Both the position numbers and the translations under genes were made by a program. A stretch of DNA of 49,971 nucleotides from Candidatus Woesearchaeota archaeon. Its GTDB lineage: Archaea; Nanobdellota; Nanobdellia; SCGC-AAA011-G17; PNOQ01. Shown in pieces: positions 38,810-47,913 of the stretch (positions are counted from its first letter, which is position 1; each line of letters opens with the position of its first letter). Below the pieces are notes generated by a model. That model worked only from the letters and a program-made list of their open reading frames with translations, was not told the origin of the DNA and ran no database searches. Where the stretch lies: assembly GCA_018693795.1 (NCBI GenBank), contig JABHMJ010000043.1:1-49971 (forward strand). The letters are read 5' to 3'.

Positions 38810-40318
38810 ATGAGGTTGAGTGTTCTAATTGGTGGTAAAGCAGGTCAAGGTATTAATAAAATTTCTCAAATAATCTCCAAAATAATGACAAAGAGAGGTT
38901 ACTACACTTTCAATTACAGAGATTATCCTTCAATAATAAGGGGAGGACATAATTTCAACGTTCTAACAATTTCAGATAAAAGAATTGGAAGTCACGAAAG
39001 TAAAATTGATTTCATAATAGCAATGGATAATAATACAATAAAACTACATAAAAAAGAACTAAGAAAAGGTGGAATAATAATATCAAATGAACAATTTAAA
39101 GACTTAGGAATAAATATTAACGTAGCACTAGCTGGTGCATTCATAAAAATTTTAGGAATAAATAAAACAACCTTAATAACTGAAATTAAAAGAACTTTAA
39201 ATTTTAAAGAATCAATAAAAGCTGCAGAACAAGGTTTTAACTCACAAAAAACAAAATTAAATCTAAAACAATTAAAAAATAAAATTACAATAATGAGTGG
39301 CTCACAAGCTATTGCTAAAGGAGCAATCAATTCTAAAATAGATAAATATTTTGCATACCCAATGACTCCAGCAACAGGAGTAATGCATGAATTAGCAAAA
39401 AATAAGAATCTAGTATTCCAACCAGAAAATGAAATAGCAGTAGTAAATGCAGCATTGGGAGCATCATTTGCAGGTGCAAAAACTATGATAGGTACTTCTG
39501 GTGGAGGATTTGATTTAATGTCGGAAGGATTAAGTCTACAAGGAATAACAGAACTTCCACTAGTAACATATTTAGCTTCAAGACCCGGACCTGGAACTGG
39601 CGTTCCAACATATTCAACTCAAGGAGATTTAAATATTGCCTTAAGAGCAGGACATGGCGAATTTCCAAGAGTTGTAATTGCACCTGGAGATCCAAAAGAG
39701 GCCATTGAAAAAACAAATGAAGCATTCTATTTAGCAAATAAATTCAATTGTCTAAGCATACTATTAGGAGATAAACATTTAGCAGAATCAGAATTTAGTA
39801 CAAACAAAAAACCACACAAACCCCTAAAAATAACTAGAAAAGGGAAACTTCCTGGGAAATCAATAGTAAAAGTATCTAGTTATGAACATGATAAATATGG
39901 AAACACTACAGAAGATCCAAAAATAGTAAAACAAAATCAAGAAAATAGATTAAAGAAATACAACAACATAAAAAAAGAATCTAAAAAATTCGAAATGATT
40001 AAAATTTATGGTAAGAAAAATTCTAAAAAATTAATAATTGGTTGGGGTTCAACAAAAGGAGTAATTCTAGATGCAATAAAAGATACTGATTACAAATTCT
40101 TACAAGTATTATATATGAAACCAATGTCAGATCAAATAAAAAAAGAAATACAAAAAGCAAACAAAGTAGTTTTAGTTGAAAATAATCTTACTGGACAATT
40201 AGGAAGAATAATTAGAGAAAAAACTGGAATTGAAATTAAAAATAGAATATTACGTTACGATTCAAGACCATTTTTATGTGATGAACTAAGAAAAGAAATA
40301 AGGAAAAAACTAAAATGA
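38810..40318 (+). CDS. 2-oxoacid:ferredoxin oxidoreductase alpha subunit (gamma-alpha fusion)
   Basis: GGKAGQGI, IRGGHN, YPMTPAT, ENEIA, TSGGGF.LM.E, RPGPGTG.PT. Confidence 0.92.
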   Translation: MRLSVLIGGKAGQGINKISQIISKIMTKRGYYTFNYRDYPSIIRGGHNFNVLTISDKRIGSHESKIDFIIAMDNNTIKLHKKELRKGGIIISNEQFKDLGININVALAGAFIKILGINKTTLITEIKRTLNFKESIKAAEQGFNSQKTKLNLKQLKNKITIMSGSQAIAKGAINSKIDKYFAYPMTPATGVMHELAKNKNLVFQPENEIAVVNAALGASFAGAKTMIGTSGGGFDLMSEGLSLQGITELPLVTYLASRPGPGTGVPTYSTQGDLNIALRAGHGEFPRVVIAPGDPKEAIEKTNEAFYLANKFNCLSILLGDKHLAESEFSTNKKPHKPLKITRKGKLPGKSIVKVSSYEHDKYGNTTEDPKIVKQNQENRLKKYNNIKKESKKFEMIKIYGKKNSKKLIIGWGSTKGVILDAIKDTDYKFLQVLYMKPMSDQIKKEIQKANKVVLVENNLTGQLGRIIREKTGIEIKNRILRYDSRPFLCDELRKEIRKKLK

Positions 40319-41070
40319 AAATAGAAACAAAATGTGAAAACACTTGGTGTCCTGGTTGTTATAATTTCATGATTCTAAATTCAATAAAAAAAACAATAAA
40401 AAAATTCAATCAAAAAGATTTTGCAATGGTCACAGGAATAGGTTGCCACGCAAAAATATTTGACTATCTTAATCTTTCAGGATTCTATGGATTACACGGA
40501 AGAGTTCTCCCAACAATGCTAGGAATAAAACTTGGAAATCCAAAACTAAATGTAATTGGTTTCGCCGGAGATGGAGATACATATTCAGAAGGTCTTTCAC
40601 ATTTCATAAGTGCAGGAAGATACAATTCAAACATAACACTATTTGTACATGATAATCAATCTTTTTCATTAACAACAGGACAAGTTACTCCAACTTCACA
40701 ACAAGGGTTTAAATCTAAAGCAGAACCTTTAGGAAACATAAACAAACCCCTAGATCCATTAAAACTAGCTTTAGCATCAGGTGCAACATTCGTAGCAAGA
40801 TGCAATTCTAAAGATATAAATCACACTGCAAAAATAATGGAACAAGCAATAAAACATGAAGGATTCTCATTTGTAGAAATAATTCAAACTTGTGTAATAT
40901 TCAATAAAGAAATGGATAATCTAACTAAATACACATACAAAGTAAATAATAAAACAAATATGAAAAAAGCATTACAATTAGCAAACAAATGGGATTACAA
41001 TTCTGCTAAAGGAAAAATTCCAGTTGGTATAATCTACAAAGAAAAAAGAAAAACACTAGAATCTACTTAA
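40315..41070 (+). CDS. 2-oxoacid:ferredoxin oxidoreductase beta subunit
   Basis: WCPGC, GIGC, LHGR, GDGD TPP motif, LTTGQ..PTS. Confidence 0.92.
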   Translation: MKIETKCENTWCPGCYNFMILNSIKKTIKKFNQKDFAMVTGIGCHAKIFDYLNLSGFYGLHGRVLPTMLGIKLGNPKLNVIGFAGDGDTYSEGLSHFISAGRYNSNITLFVHDNQSFSLTTGQVTPTSQQGFKSKAEPLGNINKPLDPLKLALASGATFVARCNSKDINHTAKIMEQAIKHEGFSFVEIIQTCVIFNKEMDNLTKYTYKVNNKTNMKKALQLANKWDYNSAKGKIPVGIIYKEKRKTLEST

Positions 41071-41248
41071 CTGTTATAGCAGAAGTAGGACATTCTTTAG
41101 CAGCTTTTTCATTACAACCAACTTCTTTAGGATTCTTATCAATTGGTTCAGACTTATCTCCAACCATCTTAAAATTATCACATACTTCAACACATGCCTT
41201 ACAACCAATACATTTCTTTTTACTAACTGAAACTTTAACCATAATCAA
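41063..41248 (-). CDS. Ferredoxin
   Basis: CIGCKACVEVC...CPTSAI. Confidence 0.88.
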   Translation of the reverse strand: MIMVKVSVSKKKCIGCKACVEVCDNFKMVGDKSEPIDKNPKEVGCNEKAAKECPTSAITVK

Positions 41249-41287
41249 TTTTTAACAAAATACATTTAAATAGGTTTCTAAGAAATT

Positions 41288-41620
41288 TTATTTAGGATTG
41301 CCAATAATCCAAGAAAGCATACCCAATTTACTATTTATATTGTGTTCTTGAACAAAAAGTATATCTAGTTCGTCCCCATCTTTCAATTTATCTTTCAATT
41401 TTTCAAGTCCATAAACAAATGAAGGACTATGCATTTTTACTGAAGGTGGCATTTCCCTTTCATTTTCTATTTGAATAGTTTCTATTCTAGATATAACACT
41501 TTCAAGTTCAGATAAAGCCAAATGATAATTTCCATCTTCAATTAAAGGCACAATTTCTTGTTTATATTGTTCTAAACACTTGCCATAATCTTTTAACCAA
41601 GTCATAAATATGGTAAACAA
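41288..41620 (-). CDS. Hypothetical protein
   Basis: ORF with upstream TATA; start uncertain. Confidence 0.55.
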   Translation of the reverse strand: MFTIFMTWLKDYGKCLEQYKQEIVPLIEDGNYHLALSELESVISRIETIQIENEREMPPSVKMHSPSFVYGLEKLKDKLKDGDELDILFVQEHNINSKLGMLSWIIGNPK

Positions 41621-41655
41621 AATACATTTAAATACATTTCCTAAAATAAATAACT

Positions 41656-42144
41656 ATGAAAAACATCTTAATAACAATACTAATCATTCTAACAATTCTA
41701 AACCTAACTTTTTTAACAGAAATTTCAAAAAATGAAGATTTAAACAATTTTTACTACAATAACCAAGAACTTTCAGAAGATTACTCAAATAAAGAAAAAA
41801 CACATATGCAAGATGTAAAAGATTTAATCAATACATCAATAACAATAAACGCACTACTATTCTTAACATTCCTAATAAAAAAAACTACAAACTACAAAAA
41901 AGTAGGCAAATATCTAATAATAACTTCATTATTCCTTTACGTAGCAGCAATATTTTTCCAACAATTCTTCCATAACTTCCATTTGCTTTTCTTCAACAAC
42001 AACAATTGGCTTTTACCATCAACATCAAAACTAATACAAACTTATCCATTAACTTACTTCAGAAATATTTTTTTAATAATAAATACTATTTATTTGATTT
42101 TAGGAGCATTTTTAAATAAACTAAGATTATCAAATTTATGTTAG
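41656..42144 (+). CDS. Integral membrane protein, DUF1461/TIGR01906-like
   Basis: EKTHMQDVKDL, FHNFHLLFFNNNNW, LIQTYP..YF. Confidence 0.7.
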   Translation: MKNILITILIILTILNLTFLTEISKNEDLNNFYYNNQELSEDYSNKEKTHMQDVKDLINTSITINALLFLTFLIKKTTNYKKVGKYLIITSLFLYVAAIFFQQFFHNFHLLFFNNNNWLLPSTSKLIQTYPLTYFRNIFLIINTIYLILGAFLNKLRLSNLC

Positions 42145-42614
42145 AATCATATTTAATTCAAAGGTTAAGAGACCCAACGAAGGATATTAGAGAATCAAAT
42201 TTTAAAAATGGATCAAATGGTGGCATATCTTATGGTATATTTGGAAATTTAAGCTCAATCTGCACATTTGATTTTATGAATAATGACGAATTTAGATATA
42301 GTGTAATAAACAGAGGAATAGAAAAAATAATAAAATACTCTTCAGAAGGAAAAGGATCTTCTGGAATAATAGAATTATCTAGCCCAATTCATTATATTTG
42401 TGAAAAAGATCAAAAAAGAAAAGTTAAAGGTTTAATCCAAAGATTGAATAATAATGAAGATAAATTAAAATTAAAAGAGCCAACATTATTACAAGAATCC
42501 TTAGAAAATCCAGAAGAAGCAAGAATAAAAGGTTGGTTTGAATTAAATAAAGGATTTATGTTCTTTCTAGATCAAGAAATGTATAAAAGAACTGTAGATC
42601 TTTTTAGAATATAG
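42138..42614 (+). CDS. Hypothetical protein
   Basis: 158-aa ORF overlapping the upstream gene. Confidence 0.6.
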   Translation: MLESYLIQRLRDPTKDIRESNFKNGSNGGISYGIFGNLSSICTFDFMNNDEFRYSVINRGIEKIIKYSSEGKGSSGIIELSSPIHYICEKDQKRKVKGLIQRLNNNEDKLKLKEPTLLQESLENPEEARIKGWFELNKGFMFFLDQEMYKRTVDLFRI

Positions 42615-42616
42615 AT

Positions 42617-43774
42617 TCACCCTAACTTCTTCAATTTATTCAAAGCTTCATTAAGAACTTTAATTTCATCCATACTATTATACAAATAAAAACTAGCTCT
42701 AGCTGAACCCTCAATATTATTTGCATTAAACCAAGAATGCATGCAATGTTGACCACTTCTAATCATAATATTATCAGAAGTATCTAAAATAGTAGCAACC
42801 TCATGGAAATTTACTCCAGGAACATTAAAATTAACAATTCCACCAGAATTTTTACCAATTAATTTCAAACCAGAAACATCAACAGCTCTTCTCAACCTAA
42901 TTTCATGGTCTTTAATCTCACTTAAACCAATTTTACTTAAATATTTAACAGCAGCACCAAGACCAATAATCCCAGCATAATTTTGTAAGCCACCTTCAAA
43001 TTTATGTGGGGATTTTTCCATAACAAAATCATTATATGTACTATTAATTACAGTTTCACCACCAATAATAAATTGCTTCATACCTTTCAACAATTCTTCT
43101 TTTGCATAAAACACTCCAGTTCCAGTTGGACCTAACATTTTATGTCCAGAAAAAGATAAATAATCTAAATCTAATTTTTTTACATTAATTTCATTATGTG
43201 GAACAAACTGCGCCCCATCTAAATGAACTTTAACATTATTTTCATGTGCAATTTTTATTATTTCTTTTATTGGTAATGTGTATCCATCCAAATTTGAAGT
43301 TGCAACAAAACTAATCAACTCATAATTTTTAACAATTTCAGAAAATCTCTCTAAATTAAAAGTAAAATCTAAATTTGACCTAAGAATTCCTTGTTTAAAT
43401 CTTTGCCAAGGGATTAAATTGGAATTATGTTCTCTATCTGTTAATAAAACTCTTTCTCCATTAAAAGAATTAGCTAATAAATTAATACTTTCAGTGGTAT
43501 TTTTAGTAAATATAATTTCACTCTCTTTTTTTGCTCCAATAAAATCTTTAACTAACTTTCTAGCACTATTTACTTCATCATTTACTTTATTTCCAAAACT
43601 ATGTATGCTCCTTCCAGCACAAGCAGGATACTCATTATAATATTCAACAACCTTATCAACAACTTGTTTTGGTCTTAATGTCATACAAGCATTATCAAAA
43701 TAAATTGCTTTCTTCTTCAATACCGGAAAATCCTCCCGAATCTTTTCAACATTCATCTCAAGAACAAACAACAA
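42617..43774 (-). CDS. sufS: Cysteine desulfurase (SufS-like class V aminotransferase)
   Basis: IREDFP, YFDNA, EHNSN, DGAQ, SGHKMLGPTG, RSGQHC, RASFYLYN. Confidence 0.9.
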   Translation of the reverse strand: MLFVLEMNVEKIREDFPVLKKKAIYFDNACMTLRPKQVVDKVVEYYNEYPACAGRSIHSFGNKVNDEVNSARKLVKDFIGAKKESEIIFTKNTTESINLLANSFNGERVLLTDREHNSNLIPWQRFKQGILRSNLDFTFNLERFSEIVKNYELISFVATSNLDGYTLPIKEIIKIAHENNVKVHLDGAQFVPHNEINVKKLDLDYLSFSGHKMLGPTGTGVFYAKEELLKGMKQFIIGGETVINSTYNDFVMEKSPHKFEGGLQNYAGIIGLGAAVKYLSKIGLSEIKDHEIRLRRAVDVSGLKLIGKNSGGIVNFNVPGVNFHEVATILDTSDNIMIRSGQHCMHSWFNANNIEGSARASFYLYNSMDEIKVLNEALNKLKKLG

Positions 43775-43798
43775 TTCATTAATAAAAGTTTTGTATAA

Positions 43799-44101
43799 TT
43801 AATTTTCAAAAGTAATATTTATTGTTGGAACTGATTTCCATCTCCATTCATAACCTTCAAATGGATTTTCATATCCGTCCAAATTTATTCCATCTATGGG
43901 ATTCCCCTCAATATATCCTAATTCATCCATTCTTCTACAGGCTTCAATAACTTTAATCGGCTCATTTATAAGCAAATCAGCACATAATTGAGTAGTACTA
44001 GCTTGAGTTTCTCCCAATCTATTTCTAATTTTTATTTCTAAATCATTAAAATGTGGCTTTTTAATACGTTCAAACCTTGGAATATATTTCCTTAAATTCA
44101 T
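43799..44101 (-). CDS. Hypothetical protein, possibly winged-helix
   Basis: 100-aa ORF; helical pattern ending MDELGYIE. Confidence 0.55.
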   Translation of the reverse strand: MNLRKYIPRFERIKKPHFNDLEIKIRNRLGETQASTTQLCADLLINEPIKVIEACRRMDELGYIEGNPIDGINLDGYENPFEGYEWRWKSVPTINITFEN

Positions 44102-44132
44102 AAAAAAAGGAATTAAAAATTATTTATAAAAC

Positions 44133-44603
44133 TTACCCTTCACACGAACCACATTCACAAGACGAACCACAAGTTTCACACTGTCCATCTTCACATAATG
44201 GGTCTCCGCAATCTAAAACTTCTTGTTCAACAACATCTCCGCCCTCACCAGTTAAAATACAAAAAGGATTCTCTCCATCTTCACCAATAGGGCCATTACA
44301 ATTATCATAAACTATAGTATTATACAAAGCTTGTCCACTAAAAAATAAACTAACAAAAAACAATACAACAAATAACCAAGATACAACTTCAAAATATTTG
44401 TGTACCCCTCTAGCTAATTTAGTAGATTTGCCCATTAATTTACCAACAATTTTACTTTTTACCTTAACATCTAATCCAGATTGACATTTCCTTAAAGTAA
44501 CTCTTCTAAAAACACAATCAAATGCTTCCTTAACTAATGGCCTATAACTAGCTGAAAAAATAGCCAATACTCCAAACACTATCAAACTTAGTAAACATAT
44601 CAT
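44133..44603 (-). CDS. Membrane protein with Cys-rich C-terminus
   Basis: Two TM segments, EAFDCVFRRVTLRKC, CNGP...FC, Cys-rich tail. Confidence 0.7.
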   Translation of the reverse strand: MICLLSLIVFGVLAIFSASYRPLVKEAFDCVFRRVTLRKCQSGLDVKVKSKIVGKLMGKSTKLARGVHKYFEVVSWLFVVLFFVSLFFSGQALYNTIVYDNCNGPIGEDGENPFCILTGEGGDVVEQEVLDCGDPLCEDGQCETCGSSCECGSCEG

Positions 44604-44659
44604 ACTTACAAAACAAAAAAACTTTAGTTTAAAAAGATTTCTGTAGGTTTAATCTTTTT

Positions 44660-45046
44660 TTACACTCTTTCTTTTGTTTCTTCAATAGATAAAAATCTTG
44701 ATTCATCCAAAATTAAATCAGAAATTTCTCCACTAATATTAATTTCAAATATTGGTTTTCCAGAGTCCTCTAAAAATTCAGCCTCCCTATAAACTCCAGC
44801 TCCAAACATCCCATCTTGGAAAGCTAAAAAAACACCAACATCCATTGATGGCAAAACTTCTTCAAAAAAATATAACATTCCGATTCCTTTTTCAAATTTA
44901 TATCTTTGGTAACCCATATAATGTGTAGAAGTATTAGGATTTTCAATGTGGCAACCAGGAAATTCTTTTTCTATTTCATAAACTAAACGTTCTTCCGCAA
45001 CAGTACCATACAAACTTACTGGATGTCCAAAATAAACATTATTCAT
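44660..45046 (-). CDS. Nucleoside 2-deoxyribosyltransferase-like fold protein
   Basis: VYFGHP, IENPN, GAGVYREA...GKPIF pattern. Confidence 0.55.
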   Translation of the reverse strand: MNNVYFGHPVSLYGTVAEERLVYEIEKEFPGCHIENPNTSTHYMGYQRYKFEKGIGMLYFFEEVLPSMDVGVFLAFQDGMFGAGVYREAEFLEDSGKPIFEINISGEISDLILDESRFLSIEETKERV

Positions 45047-45076
45047 AAAAATAATACTTGAAAAGAATATATAAAT

Positions 45077-45388
45077 CTATTTACTTGTATGTTCATCAAA
45101 ATAAACAAGTCTCATTCCAGGATGAATTAAATCTGGATTTTCTAAATCATTTTGTTCAGCAATCTCATAAGGGGAGATTTTATGGCCATAATATTTTTCT
45201 AATTTATTGGCAATCTTAGTTAAATTATCTCCCTCTCTAATAAGACTATGAGACCTAATATTGATTTTATTTCCATCATATGAATATTTTAAAAAAAGTT
45301 CTCCATCTCTGCCAAGATTACCTGCCAAAGAAGAAGAAGACAAAACCAAATTGCCTGCAATCAAAAGGGAGGTTAATATTTTTTTCAT
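45077..45388 (-). CDS. Secreted LysM-domain protein
   Basis: Signal peptide; IREGDNLTKIA...EIAEQNDLENPDLIHPGMRL. Confidence 0.85.
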   Translation of the reverse strand: MKKILTSLLIAGNLVLSSSSLAGNLGRDGELFLKYSYDGNKINIRSHSLIREGDNLTKIANKLEKYYGHKISPYEIAEQNDLENPDLIHPGMRLVYFDEHTSK

Positions 45389-45418
45389 AAGAATTAAAAA
45401 TTAAAAAACTATATAAAA

Positions 45419-45688
45419 TTATCTCATCTCAAACCCATATTTAATTTCATTTATTTCAGGATGCCCTTCTAAATACAAATCACATAATTTTTCAATATAA
45501 TGCCCAAAAGGAATTGGACTATTAACTGTATGTGTCCCCACACCATCAAAAGTTAAAACACTTTCAATTCCACCAGTAGTAATAATACTATCTCTCTCAA
45601 TAATACAAGGTTTCAATCTATATCCATATGGCAATCCAGGATTAATTATCCTTTTTACATATTCATCAAATTCTTTCTTTCTATTCAT
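45419..45688 (-). CDS. Hypothetical protein
   Basis: 89-aa ORF with upstream TATA. Confidence 0.55.
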   Translation of the reverse strand: MNRKKEFDEYVKRIINPGLPYGYRLKPCIIERDSIITTGGIESVLTFDGVGTHTVNSPIPFGHYIEKLCDLYLEGHPEINEIKYGFEMR

Positions 45689-45777
45689 TTTAAAACCGAA
45701 AAATTAGCTAAAATATCCCATATATAAATTATTCTATTTCCATAATAATTAAATACTAATAATAAATCTAAAAATCT

Positions 45778-46512
45778 ATGATAGATCCAGTAGCTATAAC
45801 ATTAGGAACAATTCAAATACGTTGGTATGGAATAATAATGGCATTTGGATTTTTATTAGCTTATTTCATTTCTCAAAAACTAGCAAAATACAGAAACATA
45901 TCAAAACAAGATATGTCTGATTATTTTATGTACTTTATAATTTCTTCAATAATTGGGGCAAGACTCTGGGCAGTAATATTAAACTACCAAAATTACATAA
46001 GTAATCCTTTAGAAATTTTTGCAGTTTGGCATGGAGGAATGGCAGTTCATGGGGGAATAGCTGGAGCAGTTATAGCAACACATTATTTTGCAAAAAAAAG
46101 AAATTTAAATTTTTATGATCTTGCAGATATAATAGTAATTCCTACAGCACTAGGACTTGCATTGGGAAGAATTGGTAATTTTATAAATCAAGAATTTTAC
46201 GGCAAACCAACTTCATTACCTTGGGGAGTTTTCTTCGACAATATAGAACAAAAAAGACATCCTTCACAAATTTATGAATCACTAAAAAATTTACTAATCT
46301 TCGGAATAACATTAAAACTATTCATATTTAAAAAATTAAAAAGAGGAACAATATTCTGGTTATTTATTTTATTTTACTCAATACTAAGATTTTCGGTAGA
46401 ATTCTTAAAAGACATGCCAACATTATTTAACTTAACTTATGGACAAATAATTTCAATACCATTAATAATACTATCAATAATTATGTTAAGAAAAATAGCA
46501 AATCCTACGTAA
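45778..46512 (+). CDS. lgt: Prolipoprotein diacylglyceryl transferase
   Basis: IRWYG, IGARL, WHGGMAVHGG, GRIGNFINQEFYG, RHPSQIYE, RFSVEF. Confidence 0.93.
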   Translation: MIDPVAITLGTIQIRWYGIIMAFGFLLAYFISQKLAKYRNISKQDMSDYFMYFIISSIIGARLWAVILNYQNYISNPLEIFAVWHGGMAVHGGIAGAVIATHYFAKKRNLNFYDLADIIVIPTALGLALGRIGNFINQEFYGKPTSLPWGVFFDNIEQKRHPSQIYESLKNLLIFGITLKLFIFKKLKRGTIFWLFILFYSILRFSVEFLKDMPTLFNLTYGQIISIPLIILSIIMLRKIANPT

Positions 46513-46569
46513 CATTTAAATAGCATTTAACAATATCTAAAATATTCTAATTATACGGAGGGATAAAAT

Positions 46570-47619
46570 TTGGAAGAAAATATGAACATCGAAAATAAAC
46601 AAGAAGAAAACACTCCAGTTGTAAAACAAACTAAAAAAAACAATTGGAAAATAGCTAGTTTCGTACTAGGAATTCTACTTGTAGTTAGCATCATTTCTAG
46701 CACAGGATTATTATCAATTTCTGGAAATGCTGCGGCAATAGATGCTGTTGATTTCATAAATAATGAAATGTTACAAGGACAAACAACAGCAACATTAGAA
46801 GACGTAACTAAAGAAAATGGATTAATTAAAGCAACAATTAACGTTGAAGGACAAGCAACTCCAATCTATATTTCAAATGATGGAAAATTAATGTTTTTGC
46901 AAGCAGTTCCAATAACTGGGGCGGCAACAGCAGCAACAACAACACCAACACAAAATTCTCCAACTACTCAACCACCAGTAGATGTTCCAAAATCTGATAA
47001 ACCAGTTGTAGACTTATTCATAATGTCTCACTGCCCATACGGAACTCAAATGGAAAAAGGATTGTTACCGGTAGTAAAAGTCTTAGAAGATGATATTGAC
47101 TTTAATTTGAAATTTGTTTATTATGCAATGCATCCAACTCAAGGTGAAGTTGAAGAACAATTAAACCAATACTGTATTAGAGAAGAACAAGAAGATAAAT
47201 TATTAGATTATCTATATTGTTTCCTTGAAGATGGTGATGGAGAAAGATGTTTAGCAGAAACAAACATTGATACTACAAAATTAGAAACTTGTGTAACAAC
47301 AGCAGACGCAGAATTCGGAATAACTAGTAGCCTAGAAGATAAAGCTTCATGGTTGAGCGGAAAATTCCCACTATTTAATACTGATAAAGCAGATAATGAA
47401 AAATATGGTGTAGGTGGATCTCCAACGTTAGTTATTAACGGAAAAACTGCAAGTTCTGGAAGAGATTCAATATCTTTGCTAAAAACAGTTTGTGGTGCAT
47501 TTAACAATGAACCAGAAGCATGTACAACAACAGAATTTGAAGCTGGATCGCCAACCCCTGGATTTGGTTGGGATACAACAGCACAAGCAAATAGCGCAGC
47601 CGCAGGTTGTGGTTATTAA
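46570..47619 (+). CDS. Membrane-anchored thioredoxin/DsbA-fold protein
   Basis: TM helix, T/P-rich linker, FIMSHCPYG, GVGGSPTLVING. Confidence 0.75.
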   Translation: MEENMNIENKQEENTPVVKQTKKNNWKIASFVLGILLVVSIISSTGLLSISGNAAAIDAVDFINNEMLQGQTTATLEDVTKENGLIKATINVEGQATPIYISNDGKLMFLQAVPITGAATAATTTPTQNSPTTQPPVDVPKSDKPVVDLFIMSHCPYGTQMEKGLLPVVKVLEDDIDFNLKFVYYAMHPTQGEVEEQLNQYCIREEQEDKLLDYLYCFLEDGDGERCLAETNIDTTKLETCVTTADAEFGITSSLEDKASWLSGKFPLFNTDKADNEKYGVGGSPTLVINGKTASSGRDSISLLKTVCGAFNNEPEACTTTEFEAGSPTPGFGWDTTAQANSAAAGCGY

Positions 47620-47636
47620 TTTTTTTTCTTTTTTTA
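47620..47636 (+). terminator. Oligo-T archaeal terminator
   Basis: T8-C-T7 directly after the stop codon. Confidence 0.5.
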
Positions 47637-47657
47637 ATTAATTTTATAAACTAAACA

Positions 47658-47879
47658 TTGTCTACATTCTTTATGATAAATACATTAGAATACACAGTTA
47701 ATGAAAAAATGCCAGAGGATATTCTTGAAGCAATTCAAAATAGTAAATGGAAACCAAGAATCCCTACACCAAGAGAAATAGAAAGAGCAGCACGTACAGA
47801 AAGAACAAGATTATACAGAAAACCAATTAATTTTGGATATTTGCTAAAAAGTATATCAAGATATTTCAATAGTTTTTAG
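47658..47879 (+). CDS. Small hypothetical protein
   Basis: Short ORF after a TTTTATAAA box; start probably an internal ATG. Confidence 0.45.
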   Translation: MSTFFMINTLEYTVNEKMPEDILEAIQNSKWKPRIPTPREIERAARTERTRLYRKPINFGYLLKSISRYFNSF

Positions 47880-47913
47880 TTAACTTTTTAAATTTCATTT
47901 CTTTTTTATTATA

